Positions 24,333-32,000 of a DNA stretch of 32,000 nucleotides are shown piece after piece. Positions within the stretch are counted from its first letter, which is position 1; each line of letters opens with the position of its first letter. Source of the DNA: Chlamydiota bacterium (GTDB lineage: Bacteria > Auribacterota > JACPWU01); assembly GCA_016196885.1 (NCBI GenBank), contig JACPWU010000025.1:4471-36470 (forward strand), read 5' to 3'. A program made the position numbers and the translations under genes. Under the pieces are notes generated by a model. That model was not told where the DNA came from. It did not search any database and worked only from the letters and a program-made list of their open reading frames with translations.

Positions 24333-27300
24333 ATGAATCATATTAAATACCTTCAAAAAGGGGTTTCTTTAGCCCTTTCTCTTTCCCTTCTTTTTTATGA
24401 TGTCTCCTTGGGTTCGGCTCAAGAATCCCAGGGAATGTTGGCGCCTCTTCCTCTGGAAAAGGCCCATTCTGTTGAAAAGCTAAATCTAGATTTGAATCCA
24501 TCTCTCAAAGAACTTCAAATTCCATCGGAGTTTGGAGAAGTGATTGAACGTGAGATTATCCCTGATCGGCCTCTTCTTTTTATTATTGAAGACATTCATT
24601 GTAATCCAGAGGCGCAAGAAAATATCAAAAGGATTTTAGAAATATTAGAAAAACAGGTAGAAAAAAAAGAAGGGATGGGTGATGGAGGAAGAATGAGGGA
24701 AGAAGGACGCGGGGGGAAGGACGCAAAAGAACTTGAGTCGTCTATCGTCCATCGTCCATCCTCTCTTTTTCATGTCTTTTCTGAGGGAGCCGAAGGTCCC
24801 ATGGAACTGTCTTTTTTTACCGCTTTCCCTGATAAGGATGCTCTTGCACGAGCTACTGAAAAATTCCTTCAGAAAAGTGACATGGACGGTGTGGAATCTT
24901 TTCTGGTGACAGAGGGGCCTGGGAAAACTGAGGGAGTAGGTGTTGAAGATTTAAAAGCCTATGTCAAAAATGTGGAGTACATGGGAGATTTTCTTGAAGA
25001 AAAGGAACTTCAAGAACATGTTTGGCAGAATTTGGAAATGGTTTTTAGAAAGTTGAGGGAGAAAATTTATTCTAAGGCGTTAAAATTTTTTTTTGAACAA
25101 AAACAAAAATACAGTGACTTTAAAATAGATCTCACCACTTATATTCAATCTCTTGAAAAAATATATCAAGAAACCTTTCAAAAAAAGTTTGGAGCTGAGA
25201 AGCCGTTTTTGAGGCGCTATCTCAAGCTTAACCGCTTAGAGACGCGTCTTGACTCTAGCAGGATTGAACAGGAATATTTGAAGTTTCTTGAAACCTTAGA
25301 GAAGAAACTTCCTCAAGAAGAATCTGCTTTGATTCTTCGTCATGTCCTGGAGCGCAGATTAGGACGTGAAAGCGATCAAGATCATTATACCTTTTTGAGT
25401 CGATACGCTCATCTTGTTAAAGGAGCCGAGATTCCAAATTTGAAATTGCTCTTCAGACAGATGAAACTTTTGAAAAAGCTTTCGTGGAAAGATCTGGAAG
25501 AAGAGATCCATCAAGTTGAAGCGGAGCTGACCACGATTTTGACAAAGACAGAACAGGAAAAGAATTTGGTTGCCTTGGAAGGTGATTATGAAATTTTGAA
25601 ACGAATTATGAGCTTGGAAGGAAAGAGAGAAGACATCAAAACCGTCTATCGTCACTCGTCGTCCGTAGATCGTACAGAAAACCGTTTCGTCACAGAATTT
25701 GTTGCCAAACTCAAAACTTTGTATCTACGAACGACGAACGACGAGCAACGAACGACAGCTTTTGAATCCCCCGACTTCGGAGACATTTTTGAAAAGGCAG
25801 AAAAATTCTATTCGCAGGTTCTCGACCGCGATGAAATTTTTATGAAGAATGCGCTTCATGTTCTTCAAGAGAAAAAGCTTTCTTATGCTGCTTTGGTGAT
25901 GGGTGGTTTTCATACATCGGGAGTTGAAGAGACCCTTAAAAAGGCGCATATTGGCTATTGCGTGATTACTCCCCGAATGACTCATTCCGATGACCGAAGT
26001 GTTTATTATCAGAAAATGAAGGAAATATTTGAGGTTCTGGGGGGAATGGATGATGGCCTCAAGAATGCCTCTTTTCCCACACTGAAAAAGATTGCGCTTC
26101 ATCATTTTATGACTCAAGCTCAGGCGATGGGCAGAGTGATGATTGAAGAAGCTAGAATTTTGCCCAAAGGTTTCTTTGATGCTTGGGAAAGCAAAGCCCA
26201 AGACCTTGCTTCTGTGATCGAAGCATTGGAAAAAAGCCATCCTGAATCGGCAACCGTTTCAGGAGGTGAGTTTACTCTACAAACCCTTTTAGATCTGACA
26301 GAGCTTTCAGCTCCTGAATTAAGAACCCTGCTTCAAGACAATCAAGTTCGCCCCTTTTTAGAACGTTACATTGAAAATCTTTTGGCGTTCTCCGGGCATG
26401 AAGGGAAAGATTGGCGAGTGCTTTTGGGAAATGAAGAAGAGCCTCCTCAATTTCCTCCTTCAGGTGGAGGCATTGTAAGTGCGATTAGAAATTCAGGTGC
26501 AGGAAACTGGATGGTGCTTTTGGCCCTTTTACCTTGGTTGTGGATGACGGCTTGTAAAGGAAATCGAGAGACAAGTTCAACTTCATTAGAACGCGCTCCG
26601 CCTGTCGCTTCACCCGTTCAAGCACCTCAGTCTTTAGAACTTCCGCCTATGCCAGCTTCAGAGCCCTCGGTTTCTCCTGAAAAGGTAGCTCCTGCATTGA
26701 ATCTTCCGTCCATGCCCACTGAAAGCTCTAATCAAACCATTATTCCAAATACCCAAGAGCTAAAAGATAGATTTTGGGCGCAGGAAAATGGGACGCTTCA
26801 GCTAAGTGTGGGCGCCGATGGTTGGGTGACTTTGACTTATACACTCACAGGCGATTACCTAGGAACCAAAGTATCTATCCCAAGCGCTTTTCGAAACTCA
26901 GGTGTGATAGAAGTGGAAATGAAGGGTCCTGGATCTGTTGAAATTAAGCCGAATGATCAAGGAGGCCCCTTCGTCAGCGAAAACCAAAAACTTCAAGTTA
27001 ATCCAAACGACTACGGAGGAAGTGTAAGCAGTCTGACTGTTGGCTTGGTGCAAAGTAAATTAGGAAACAGCAGTGGAACGGTCAAACTTCGCTTTGTTCA
27101 TCGTCCTTCAGGTGGAGTCATTATTGCTCTTAAAGAGTGGATGTTAAAATACATCGTCCCCTTAAAATGGGCGCCCTCTTACGACACGCGCATTGCACCT
27201 CTCCTGGAAGAATTTCTTTTTGGATTGCCTCTTGTTGTTGTGAGTTTACTAGGTTTTGACCCTACTTGGGTCCTGGCAGCCAATTTTATTTCCAGATCTC

Positions 27301-30300
27301 TCTTCTTGCTTCCTCAACACCAAGGAGGGAGATGGATTGCAGGTTTAGTGGCTCTTTCGAGTTTTATCTTCACTTCAATTCCCATTTATTTTCATTTGTC
27401 GCTGATTGTTTTGCCCGTTGTATGGATGATTGCTATTGCAATTCATACGAAAATCAATAAAGGTGACCAACCCAGATTCTTTTCTTCACGATTTTTACGG
27501 GCAGAGGCCGTTTTTTCTGCGGCTCTTCTTTTCTTGACCAGTTTAACTCAACCTTTGGTGAACGCGGGTGCTGCTTCTTCTGTTCAGATCTATTCTATTG
27601 ATTCAAAAACTGTTTTAGCGTTGAAGAAGGGCTTATCGGGGATTGGGAAATATCTTAGCCCTCAAGTTGGAATTCACAGACAGACGGGAGCTCCGCAGGA
27701 TTCTGTGCAGATTAATTCCCAAGGAAATATGATTGGGAGTCCTGCCAATTATGGAGCGCCTTCTAAGGATGCAACTTATCTGCCTCTGCTTTTGCATTTG
27801 GCTCAGGGCAACCCTCTTTTGAGTGATATGGGGGTCACTCGCCAGCAAGCTCTGAATTTTGCCCTTCAAGAACTTCAATCCTTGAGGCAATTTCAAAGGG
27901 ATTATGAAGGCACAGAAATTTATGCAGGTTTTTTCCCTTGGAATGAATACAAAGAGGATGGTTCTCGTCGCCTGTCTGAATATGGGGGCCGTCGCATGGT
28001 TCCCTCATTGGATAATGGCCAGCTCAGTTTTGCCCTTGCCTCTATTGCAGGGGCTTTTTGGAATGCTCAAACAGGAACACTGGAAAAACAAGTTCAAGAT
28101 TTGGCTGTAGACATTTTAAATCATCAGGACTATGGAAAACTTGTCAATCCTCAAAATGGACTTCTCTATGCTGAATGGGATTTTCAGCGGCATGGTCAAC
28201 CTCTAGATTCTCGGATGGGTACGCTTTGGACAGAATGGTCTATTCCTCATCTCTTTGCGCTTTGGTCAGGAAAAATAAAAGAAGAGAGCTGGGCAAGATT
28301 CACGAATCCCACATTTGAATATCACTTGGAAGCAGGTCGTGTAATTGATATGCCCCAAGGATGGATTTTCTCGGCTCATGAGCTTTGGTATTTACAGTAT
28401 GTTCCGCGATTAATCATGAAATCAAAGCTAGCTCCCCTCTATCGAAATTATCTTTATCTCCATGCTCAACATGCCATAGAAAAAAATATGCCTGGATTTG
28501 TGGCTACGGAATACAAGCGCAGTGGCTATAAGCAAGGAGGTATCGATGTCCCTAAAAAAGGTCATGGGGGTGAAATTCGGTCTTCGATTGATGATGAAAC
28601 AATGGCCGCTCCTTATGGAACAGCCCTTCTTTCACTGATCGATTTACGCATGCTTCCCTGGGTTCAATACCTCTTTGAGCAACCTGGGGTGGTTCAACGC
28701 TATGGACCAGTGACCTCTTTTACGAGGGCAGAGGGGGCCTCTAACATGCACACAGCTGACAACACTTTTTCTACTGCCAATGCTTTAGCCGAAGGATGTA
28801 CCATTGCCAATAACCTGCCCGGTGGGGTCGAAGCTGGAATTATCAGTTATTTCAAAAATCAATATGGTTTAAGCGAGGCAGATTTAATTCGTGCCTTTAA
28901 TCTTCATGCAGATTTGATTCTAAAAAGGCTCGGTCTGTCTGAATTTCGAGCGGTTCAAGCTGCGGAAATTCCTCTTCCTCCTGAAAAGAGAGATTATTCT
29001 GTCGAGCCGCGTGCCGAAAAGAAAATGCCAGACGCTGTTAATGTGATGGATCGTTTGAAACCTCAAGGGGGTTGGTATCATGGCAAGAATATTCACGTTC
29101 CTGCGGAATATCGGTCTTGGGCATCAGAAATAGGCCAAACTTGGGTGATGAAAAAGGGTGAGATTGTTGCGGACTATCAAATCTCTTCGGATACTCCTTG
29201 GGCCTGGTTGGGAACCAAAATAGAACCCACTGTCTCGATTGGAGAGGCAAAATATATTTCTCTATGGGTTCCGGTAGACCTGAGAGGTGAGATATGGAAA
29301 ATAGAATTAAAGAATAGCAAAACCGAACTGGCTTCTCGCATCCAAGTCAATACAGATGATCAAGGTGTAGAAACCAGTGCTGACGGAAAATGGAAAAGGC
29401 TTGTGTATCCTGTCAATTTGGATGAGTCTTTAACCAGACAAGAAGGTTTGGAGTTTAACTACTTTGCTCTTTCGACTGAAAAACCTTCAGGGCGTTTTCA
29501 CATTCGAGATATTCAGATTTATAAAAACAAGCCTGTTTCTGGAGGTACACCTGTTCGTGATGAGGCAAGTCCTGCTTCTGACAGAGGGACTGCTTCATCT
29601 AAATCTCAGAGTTCTGTCACCCTTCCCGCCATGCCAGGAGAAGCACCCACAGCAAAATCTATTTCGCTTTCTGAAGTCCAGGCTGCTTATCGGGAAATTC
29701 AGATTTTGAATGGGACTAATCCTAGTGAGGCCCGTCTGAAATTGGGTCAATTGGTGGGGCGAATCAATGCAGGAGTCACAGGAATTCCATCTGGGCAAGA
29801 AGAAAAGTGGAACGCCTTTTTTCAACAGCTTAAAGAGGCGTATCAACAGGCGGGTGGAACATCTAGATCTACGCCTTCCGCTCTGTCCCCGGCTCGGGCA
29901 AGTTCAACTCCACAGTCTGCTCCTACGCCGGCGGCGATTCCTGCAAAAACACCTGCTGGAGTGATTATTCCGACGGTAGATGAACTGAGAAAAAAATGGT
30001 GGGCCCAAGAAAATGGAACACTTCAAGTGGCTGTAGATTCAAATACGGGCTGGGTGACGTTGACTTATAGCCTCACAGGCGAGTTTATGGGGACTAAGGT
30101 TTCTATTCCCGCTCAGCTTCAAAATGGTGTCATCGAAGTTGAAATGAAAGGGCAGGGTTCTGTCGAGATTAAGCCCAATGATCAGGGAGGTCCCGTGGTT
30201 AGACAGGGACAGAAACTTCAGGTTCCTGCACAAGGGGTCGGTAGTCTGACAATCGGACTGGTTCAGGGTAGACTGGGCAACAGCCGTGGTTCTGTGCAAC

Positions 30301-31961
30301 TTCGTTTTACGCATCGGACAGGCGGTGGTGTGATTCCATTCCTCAAGCGTTGGGTTTTGAAGCATGTTCCTGAACAATGGATGAATTGGCGGATTTATTA
30401 TGACACTCAAGTTGCTCCAAAACTAGAAGAAGTACTTTTCATTGTGCCTGCCCTTGCAACGGCTCTTTTGGGACTGAATCCTTTCTGGGGGATAGGAATC
30501 AATGCGCTTTCGAGAATTGCCTTTGTCTTTTCACATCCCAGTGGTCAAAGAAAAGATCCTGCATGGATCGCACTCTCAAGTTTTGTCCTGACATCTCTTC
30601 CTTTTCTTTTAGGCTTTTTGTTTCCTTTATCGTCAGCGATACTTGCTTTGGGACTTGTGCTAACGGTTATCCCTGCCGCCATGGTTCATCGTGCGGTGAA
30701 TTTAAGAGCCAGACCGAACTTTGAAGAATTTGTGAAATGGTTTGATAAAAACTATCGGGTTGGCAAAAATCTCCAGTATTTTGCCTTCTTCCTGACACTC
30801 GATCAGATGAATTCCGCTTACTTTCTCACTTTAAACGACGCCATTCGAGCATTTTCCCATAAAAAAGACCTCAGTCAAAATGAAGAAAGTGAGCTTTACG
30901 ATTTCGTGATTGATGCCATCATTGCGGCCCGTCATCCGGAGTTGATTCAAGGGAAGGAACGCCCCTTGGATTCTATCATCGTTCGGATGGAAGCCTGGGG
31001 AGCTTTGAATATATTTGGGCGTGATTTGAATATGGAGCCCTTGGCTCTCGTAGATATTGAGAAAACGATGAGAGAAGCGCGGTTTTTTAATTATCAAAAT
31101 GCGAATCTCCGGGTACAGATTGGATCAAAAAAAGTTTCTTGGCAAACCAGGGCTCAGATTACACAGCGTTATTTATACGAAGGAAATGAGTATGAGCTCG
31201 AGGCAACGCCTCTTCCACAATTATCTTCTTTCTCTTCGGAGGCGGTTGGGGCGAATCTTTTTGAAATCACAAAGGTCGAAGATTACCCCATCCTTTTTGC
31301 TTATCTTGTCTTAAGACAGCGTTTGAGAGATATTCAAGCAAAACTTTTGAAGGAAACAATTTCTGACCCTTATCAAGCTGGTTCAGCGCCTATTTTGCCC
31401 CTCATTGACTTCACCTTGCTGGAAAAAAGTCAAGAGGGCCTTCGTTTAGAAGAAATTATTCAGCAAGTTCCTGGTTTTGCAAAGCCCATTGTGACAGACC
31501 TTAATCGAACGGAGGAAGAATTGAGAGAAGCCTTGATGGAGATCGGAACGGATCCCCATCAAGTTCATATCATTTCTCTTAAAGGTGATCAAAATCCAGG
31601 AGAGGCGCTTATTGAAAAAGTGAAGGCCTTATGGAAAAAGGAACACCCCGAACAAGATTTAGATTTTCGAACCGTTCGATTTTTGGGACATCAGGAACAC
31701 AAGCGTGAGTTTAAGACCGTGATGCAAAGACATGGTGTTAAAGATGCCTATGGGGATGATTTGGCGGTTGTTTTTGCCATCGCTTGCGGAGATCGGGAAG
31801 CCATTCGAAGAGCGTTCGAGAAACTGGGCATGAACTCTCGCCAAATAGATCAACTTCTGGCCGGCAGTGGAGACCTGAAACCCATTCCCGTCCTTGCTTC
31901 CATGAAAAATCAGTTAGAGCGATTCCGCAAGACCGCCGAAATTACTCGGCTCAGTATGTAA
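24333..31961 (+). CDS. giant (2,542 aa) multidomain secreted/membrane protein of unknown function
   Basis: This is an uninterrupted ORF. I place the start at ATG 24333 (GAGAGGGG Shine-Dalgarno sequence at 24321-24328, signal-peptide-like MNHIKYLQKGVSLALSLSLLFYDVSLGSAQE) rather than the track's upstream TTG at 24297. See the findings for the domain content. Confidence 0.85.
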   Translation: MNHIKYLQKGVSLALSLSLLFYDVSLGSAQESQGMLAPLPLEKAHSVEKLNLDLNPSLKELQIPSEFGEVIEREIIPDRPLLFIIEDIHCNPEAQENIKRILEILEKQVEKKEGMGDGGRMREEGRGGKDAKELESSIVHRPSSLFHVFSEGAEGPMELSFFTAFPDKDALARATEKFLQKSDMDGVESFLVTEGPGKTEGVGVEDLKAYVKNVEYMGDFLEEKELQEHVWQNLEMVFRKLREKIYSKALKFFFEQKQKYSDFKIDLTTYIQSLEKIYQETFQKKFGAEKPFLRRYLKLNRLETRLDSSRIEQEYLKFLETLEKKLPQEESALILRHVLERRLGRESDQDHYTFLSRYAHLVKGAEIPNLKLLFRQMKLLKKLSWKDLEEEIHQVEAELTTILTKTEQEKNLVALEGDYEILKRIMSLEGKREDIKTVYRHSSSVDRTENRFVTEFVAKLKTLYLRTTNDEQRTTAFESPDFGDIFEKAEKFYSQVLDRDEIFMKNALHVLQEKKLSYAALVMGGFHTSGVEETLKKAHIGYCVITPRMTHSDDRSVYYQKMKEIFEVLGGMDDGLKNASFPTLKKIALHHFMTQAQAMGRVMIEEARILPKGFFDAWESKAQDLASVIEALEKSHPESATVSGGEFTLQTLLDLTELSAPELRTLLQDNQVRPFLERYIENLLAFSGHEGKDWRVLLGNEEEPPQFPPSGGGIVSAIRNSGAGNWMVLLALLPWLWMTACKGNRETSSTSLERAPPVASPVQAPQSLELPPMPASEPSVSPEKVAPALNLPSMPTESSNQTIIPNTQELKDRFWAQENGTLQLSVGADGWVTLTYTLTGDYLGTKVSIPSAFRNSGVIEVEMKGPGSVEIKPNDQGGPFVSENQKLQVNPNDYGGSVSSLTVGLVQSKLGNSSGTVKLRFVHRPSGGVIIALKEWMLKYIVPLKWAPSYDTRIAPLLEEFLFGLPLVVVSLLGFDPTWVLAANFISRSLFLLPQHQGGRWIAGLVALSSFIFTSIPIYFHLSLIVLPVVWMIAIAIHTKINKGDQPRFFSSRFLRAEAVFSAALLFLTSLTQPLVNAGAASSVQIYSIDSKTVLALKKGLSGIGKYLSPQVGIHRQTGAPQDSVQINSQGNMIGSPANYGAPSKDATYLPLLLHLAQGNPLLSDMGVTRQQALNFALQELQSLRQFQRDYEGTEIYAGFFPWNEYKEDGSRRLSEYGGRRMVPSLDNGQLSFALASIAGAFWNAQTGTLEKQVQDLAVDILNHQDYGKLVNPQNGLLYAEWDFQRHGQPLDSRMGTLWTEWSIPHLFALWSGKIKEESWARFTNPTFEYHLEAGRVIDMPQGWIFSAHELWYLQYVPRLIMKSKLAPLYRNYLYLHAQHAIEKNMPGFVATEYKRSGYKQGGIDVPKKGHGGEIRSSIDDETMAAPYGTALLSLIDLRMLPWVQYLFEQPGVVQRYGPVTSFTRAEGASNMHTADNTFSTANALAEGCTIANNLPGGVEAGIISYFKNQYGLSEADLIRAFNLHADLILKRLGLSEFRAVQAAEIPLPPEKRDYSVEPRAEKKMPDAVNVMDRLKPQGGWYHGKNIHVPAEYRSWASEIGQTWVMKKGEIVADYQISSDTPWAWLGTKIEPTVSIGEAKYISLWVPVDLRGEIWKIELKNSKTELASRIQVNTDDQGVETSADGKWKRLVYPVNLDESLTRQEGLEFNYFALSTEKPSGRFHIRDIQIYKNKPVSGGTPVRDEASPASDRGTASSKSQSSVTLPAMPGEAPTAKSISLSEVQAAYREIQILNGTNPSEARLKLGQLVGRINAGVTGIPSGQEEKWNAFFQQLKEAYQQAGGTSRSTPSALSPARASSTPQSAPTPAAIPAKTPAGVIIPTVDELRKKWWAQENGTLQVAVDSNTGWVTLTYSLTGEFMGTKVSIPAQLQNGVIEVEMKGQGSVEIKPNDQGGPVVRQGQKLQVPAQGVGSLTIGLVQGRLGNSRGSVQLRFTHRTGGGVIPFLKRWVLKHVPEQWMNWRIYYDTQVAPKLEEVLFIVPALATALLGLNPFWGIGINALSRIAFVFSHPSGQRKDPAWIALSSFVLTSLPFLLGFLFPLSSAILALGLVLTVIPAAMVHRAVNLRARPNFEEFVKWFDKNYRVGKNLQYFAFFLTLDQMNSAYFLTLNDAIRAFSHKKDLSQNEESELYDFVIDAIIAARHPELIQGKERPLDSIIVRMEAWGALNIFGRDLNMEPLALVDIEKTMREARFFNYQNANLRVQIGSKKVSWQTRAQITQRYLYEGNEYELEATPLPQLSSFSSEAVGANLFEITKVEDYPILFAYLVLRQRLRDIQAKLLKETISDPYQAGSAPILPLIDFTLLEKSQEGLRLEEIIQQVPGFAKPIVTDLNRTEEELREALMEIGTDPHQVHIISLKGDQNPGEALIEKVKALWKKEHPEQDLDFRTVRFLGHQEHKREFKTVMQRHGVKDAYGDDLAVVFAIACGDREAIRRAFEKLGMNSRQIDQLLAGSGDLKPIPVLASMKNQLERFRKTAEITRLSM
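24662..24771 (+). repeat. ~110-nt imperfect palindrome lying in-frame inside the giant ORF
   Basis: GGATGGGTGATGGAGGA (24673-24689) pairs with TCGTCCATCGTCCATCC (24745-24761): 14 Watson-Crick pairs, 2 G-T pairs and 1 mismatch. The A-run and T-run flanks extend the pairing. The segment encodes the low-complexity peptide EGMGDGGRMREEGRGGKDAKELESSIVHRPSS. Confidence 0.5.
25644..25759 (+). repeat. second in-frame palindrome inside the giant ORF, sharing the GTCTATCGTC motif with the first
   Basis: CTCGTCGTCCGTAGAT (25655-25670) pairs with ATCTACGAACGACGA (25723-25737) as 7 bp, one mismatch, then 7 bp. The right arm continues as an ACGAACG-type 7-mer repeat. Confidence 0.5.
26757..27470 (+). repeat. 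intragenic module, copy 1 (beta-sandwich-like domain + CPBP-like TM domain)
   Basis: The module runs ELKDRFWAQENGTLQLSV...VEMKGPGSVEIKPNDQGGP...VKLRFVHRPSGGVI, followed by a TM region. It aligns by eye along its whole length with 29978-30710 at both the protein and DNA levels. Confidence 0.85.
29978..30710 (+). repeat. intragenic module, copy 2 (beta-sandwich-like domain + CPBP-like TM domain)
   Basis: The module runs ELRKKWWAQENGTLQVAV...VEMKGQGSVEIKPNDQGGP...VQLRFTHRTGGGVI, followed by a TM region. It is a paralogous copy of 26757-27470. Confidence 0.85.
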
Positions 31962-32000
31962 TCAGAGTTTTGTCAGGTCATTTCTTTAGATAAAATAAAC

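Noticed and set aside
1-32000. tRNA, rRNA, tmRNA, integrase, transposase or prophage signatures that would mark the glycan locus as a classical genomic island
   Set aside because: None was found by reading intergenic regions and ORF translations. The only mobility signs are the non-autonomous palindromic repeats and the toxin-antitoxin modules.

Overview
This is a moderately AT-rich bacterial chromosomal segment. I saw no rRNA, tRNA, CRISPR array, transposase or integrase. Two housekeeping genes on the minus strand, typA/bipA (501-2354) and mutY (22914-24044), bracket a ~19 kb plus-strand cell-envelope glycan locus (4161-23026). That locus encodes an SDR sugar epimerase, an AsnB-type amidotransferase, a hexapeptide acyltransferase, a Gfo/Idh/MocA-SDR fusion, a GT4, a UPF0104 flippase-like protein, two GT2 enzymes, a secreted SGNH esterase with a sorting-signal-like C-terminal tail, and two GT-C enzymes (a GT39-like enzyme with discoidin and TPR domains, and YfhO). 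Accessory material is scattered through the window: a Doc toxin at the left edge, a DUF4143 AAA ATPase with a PD-(D/E)xK-like motif, a PIN/RHH toxin-antitoxin pair wedged into the sugar operon, and an orphan DUF433 gene. There are also two families of palindromic repeats: four REPIN-like doublets with GTAG heads, and two copies of a ~130 bp MITE-like element that flank one gene. The right 7.6 kb is a single 2,542-codon ORF. It carries an N-terminal signal peptide, a large helical N-terminal domain, a six-hairpin-glycosidase-like domain, a CBM-like domain, and two diverged copies of a module made of a Pro-rich linker, a beta-sandwich and a CPBP/Abi(CAAX)-like intramembrane-protease motif set. 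Two palindromic segments sit in-frame in its 5' part. This ORF is the strongest candidate for something undescribed, possibly linked to the sorting-type tail on the neighbouring SGNH protein. All family calls come from motifs read by eye, and no database search was possible.
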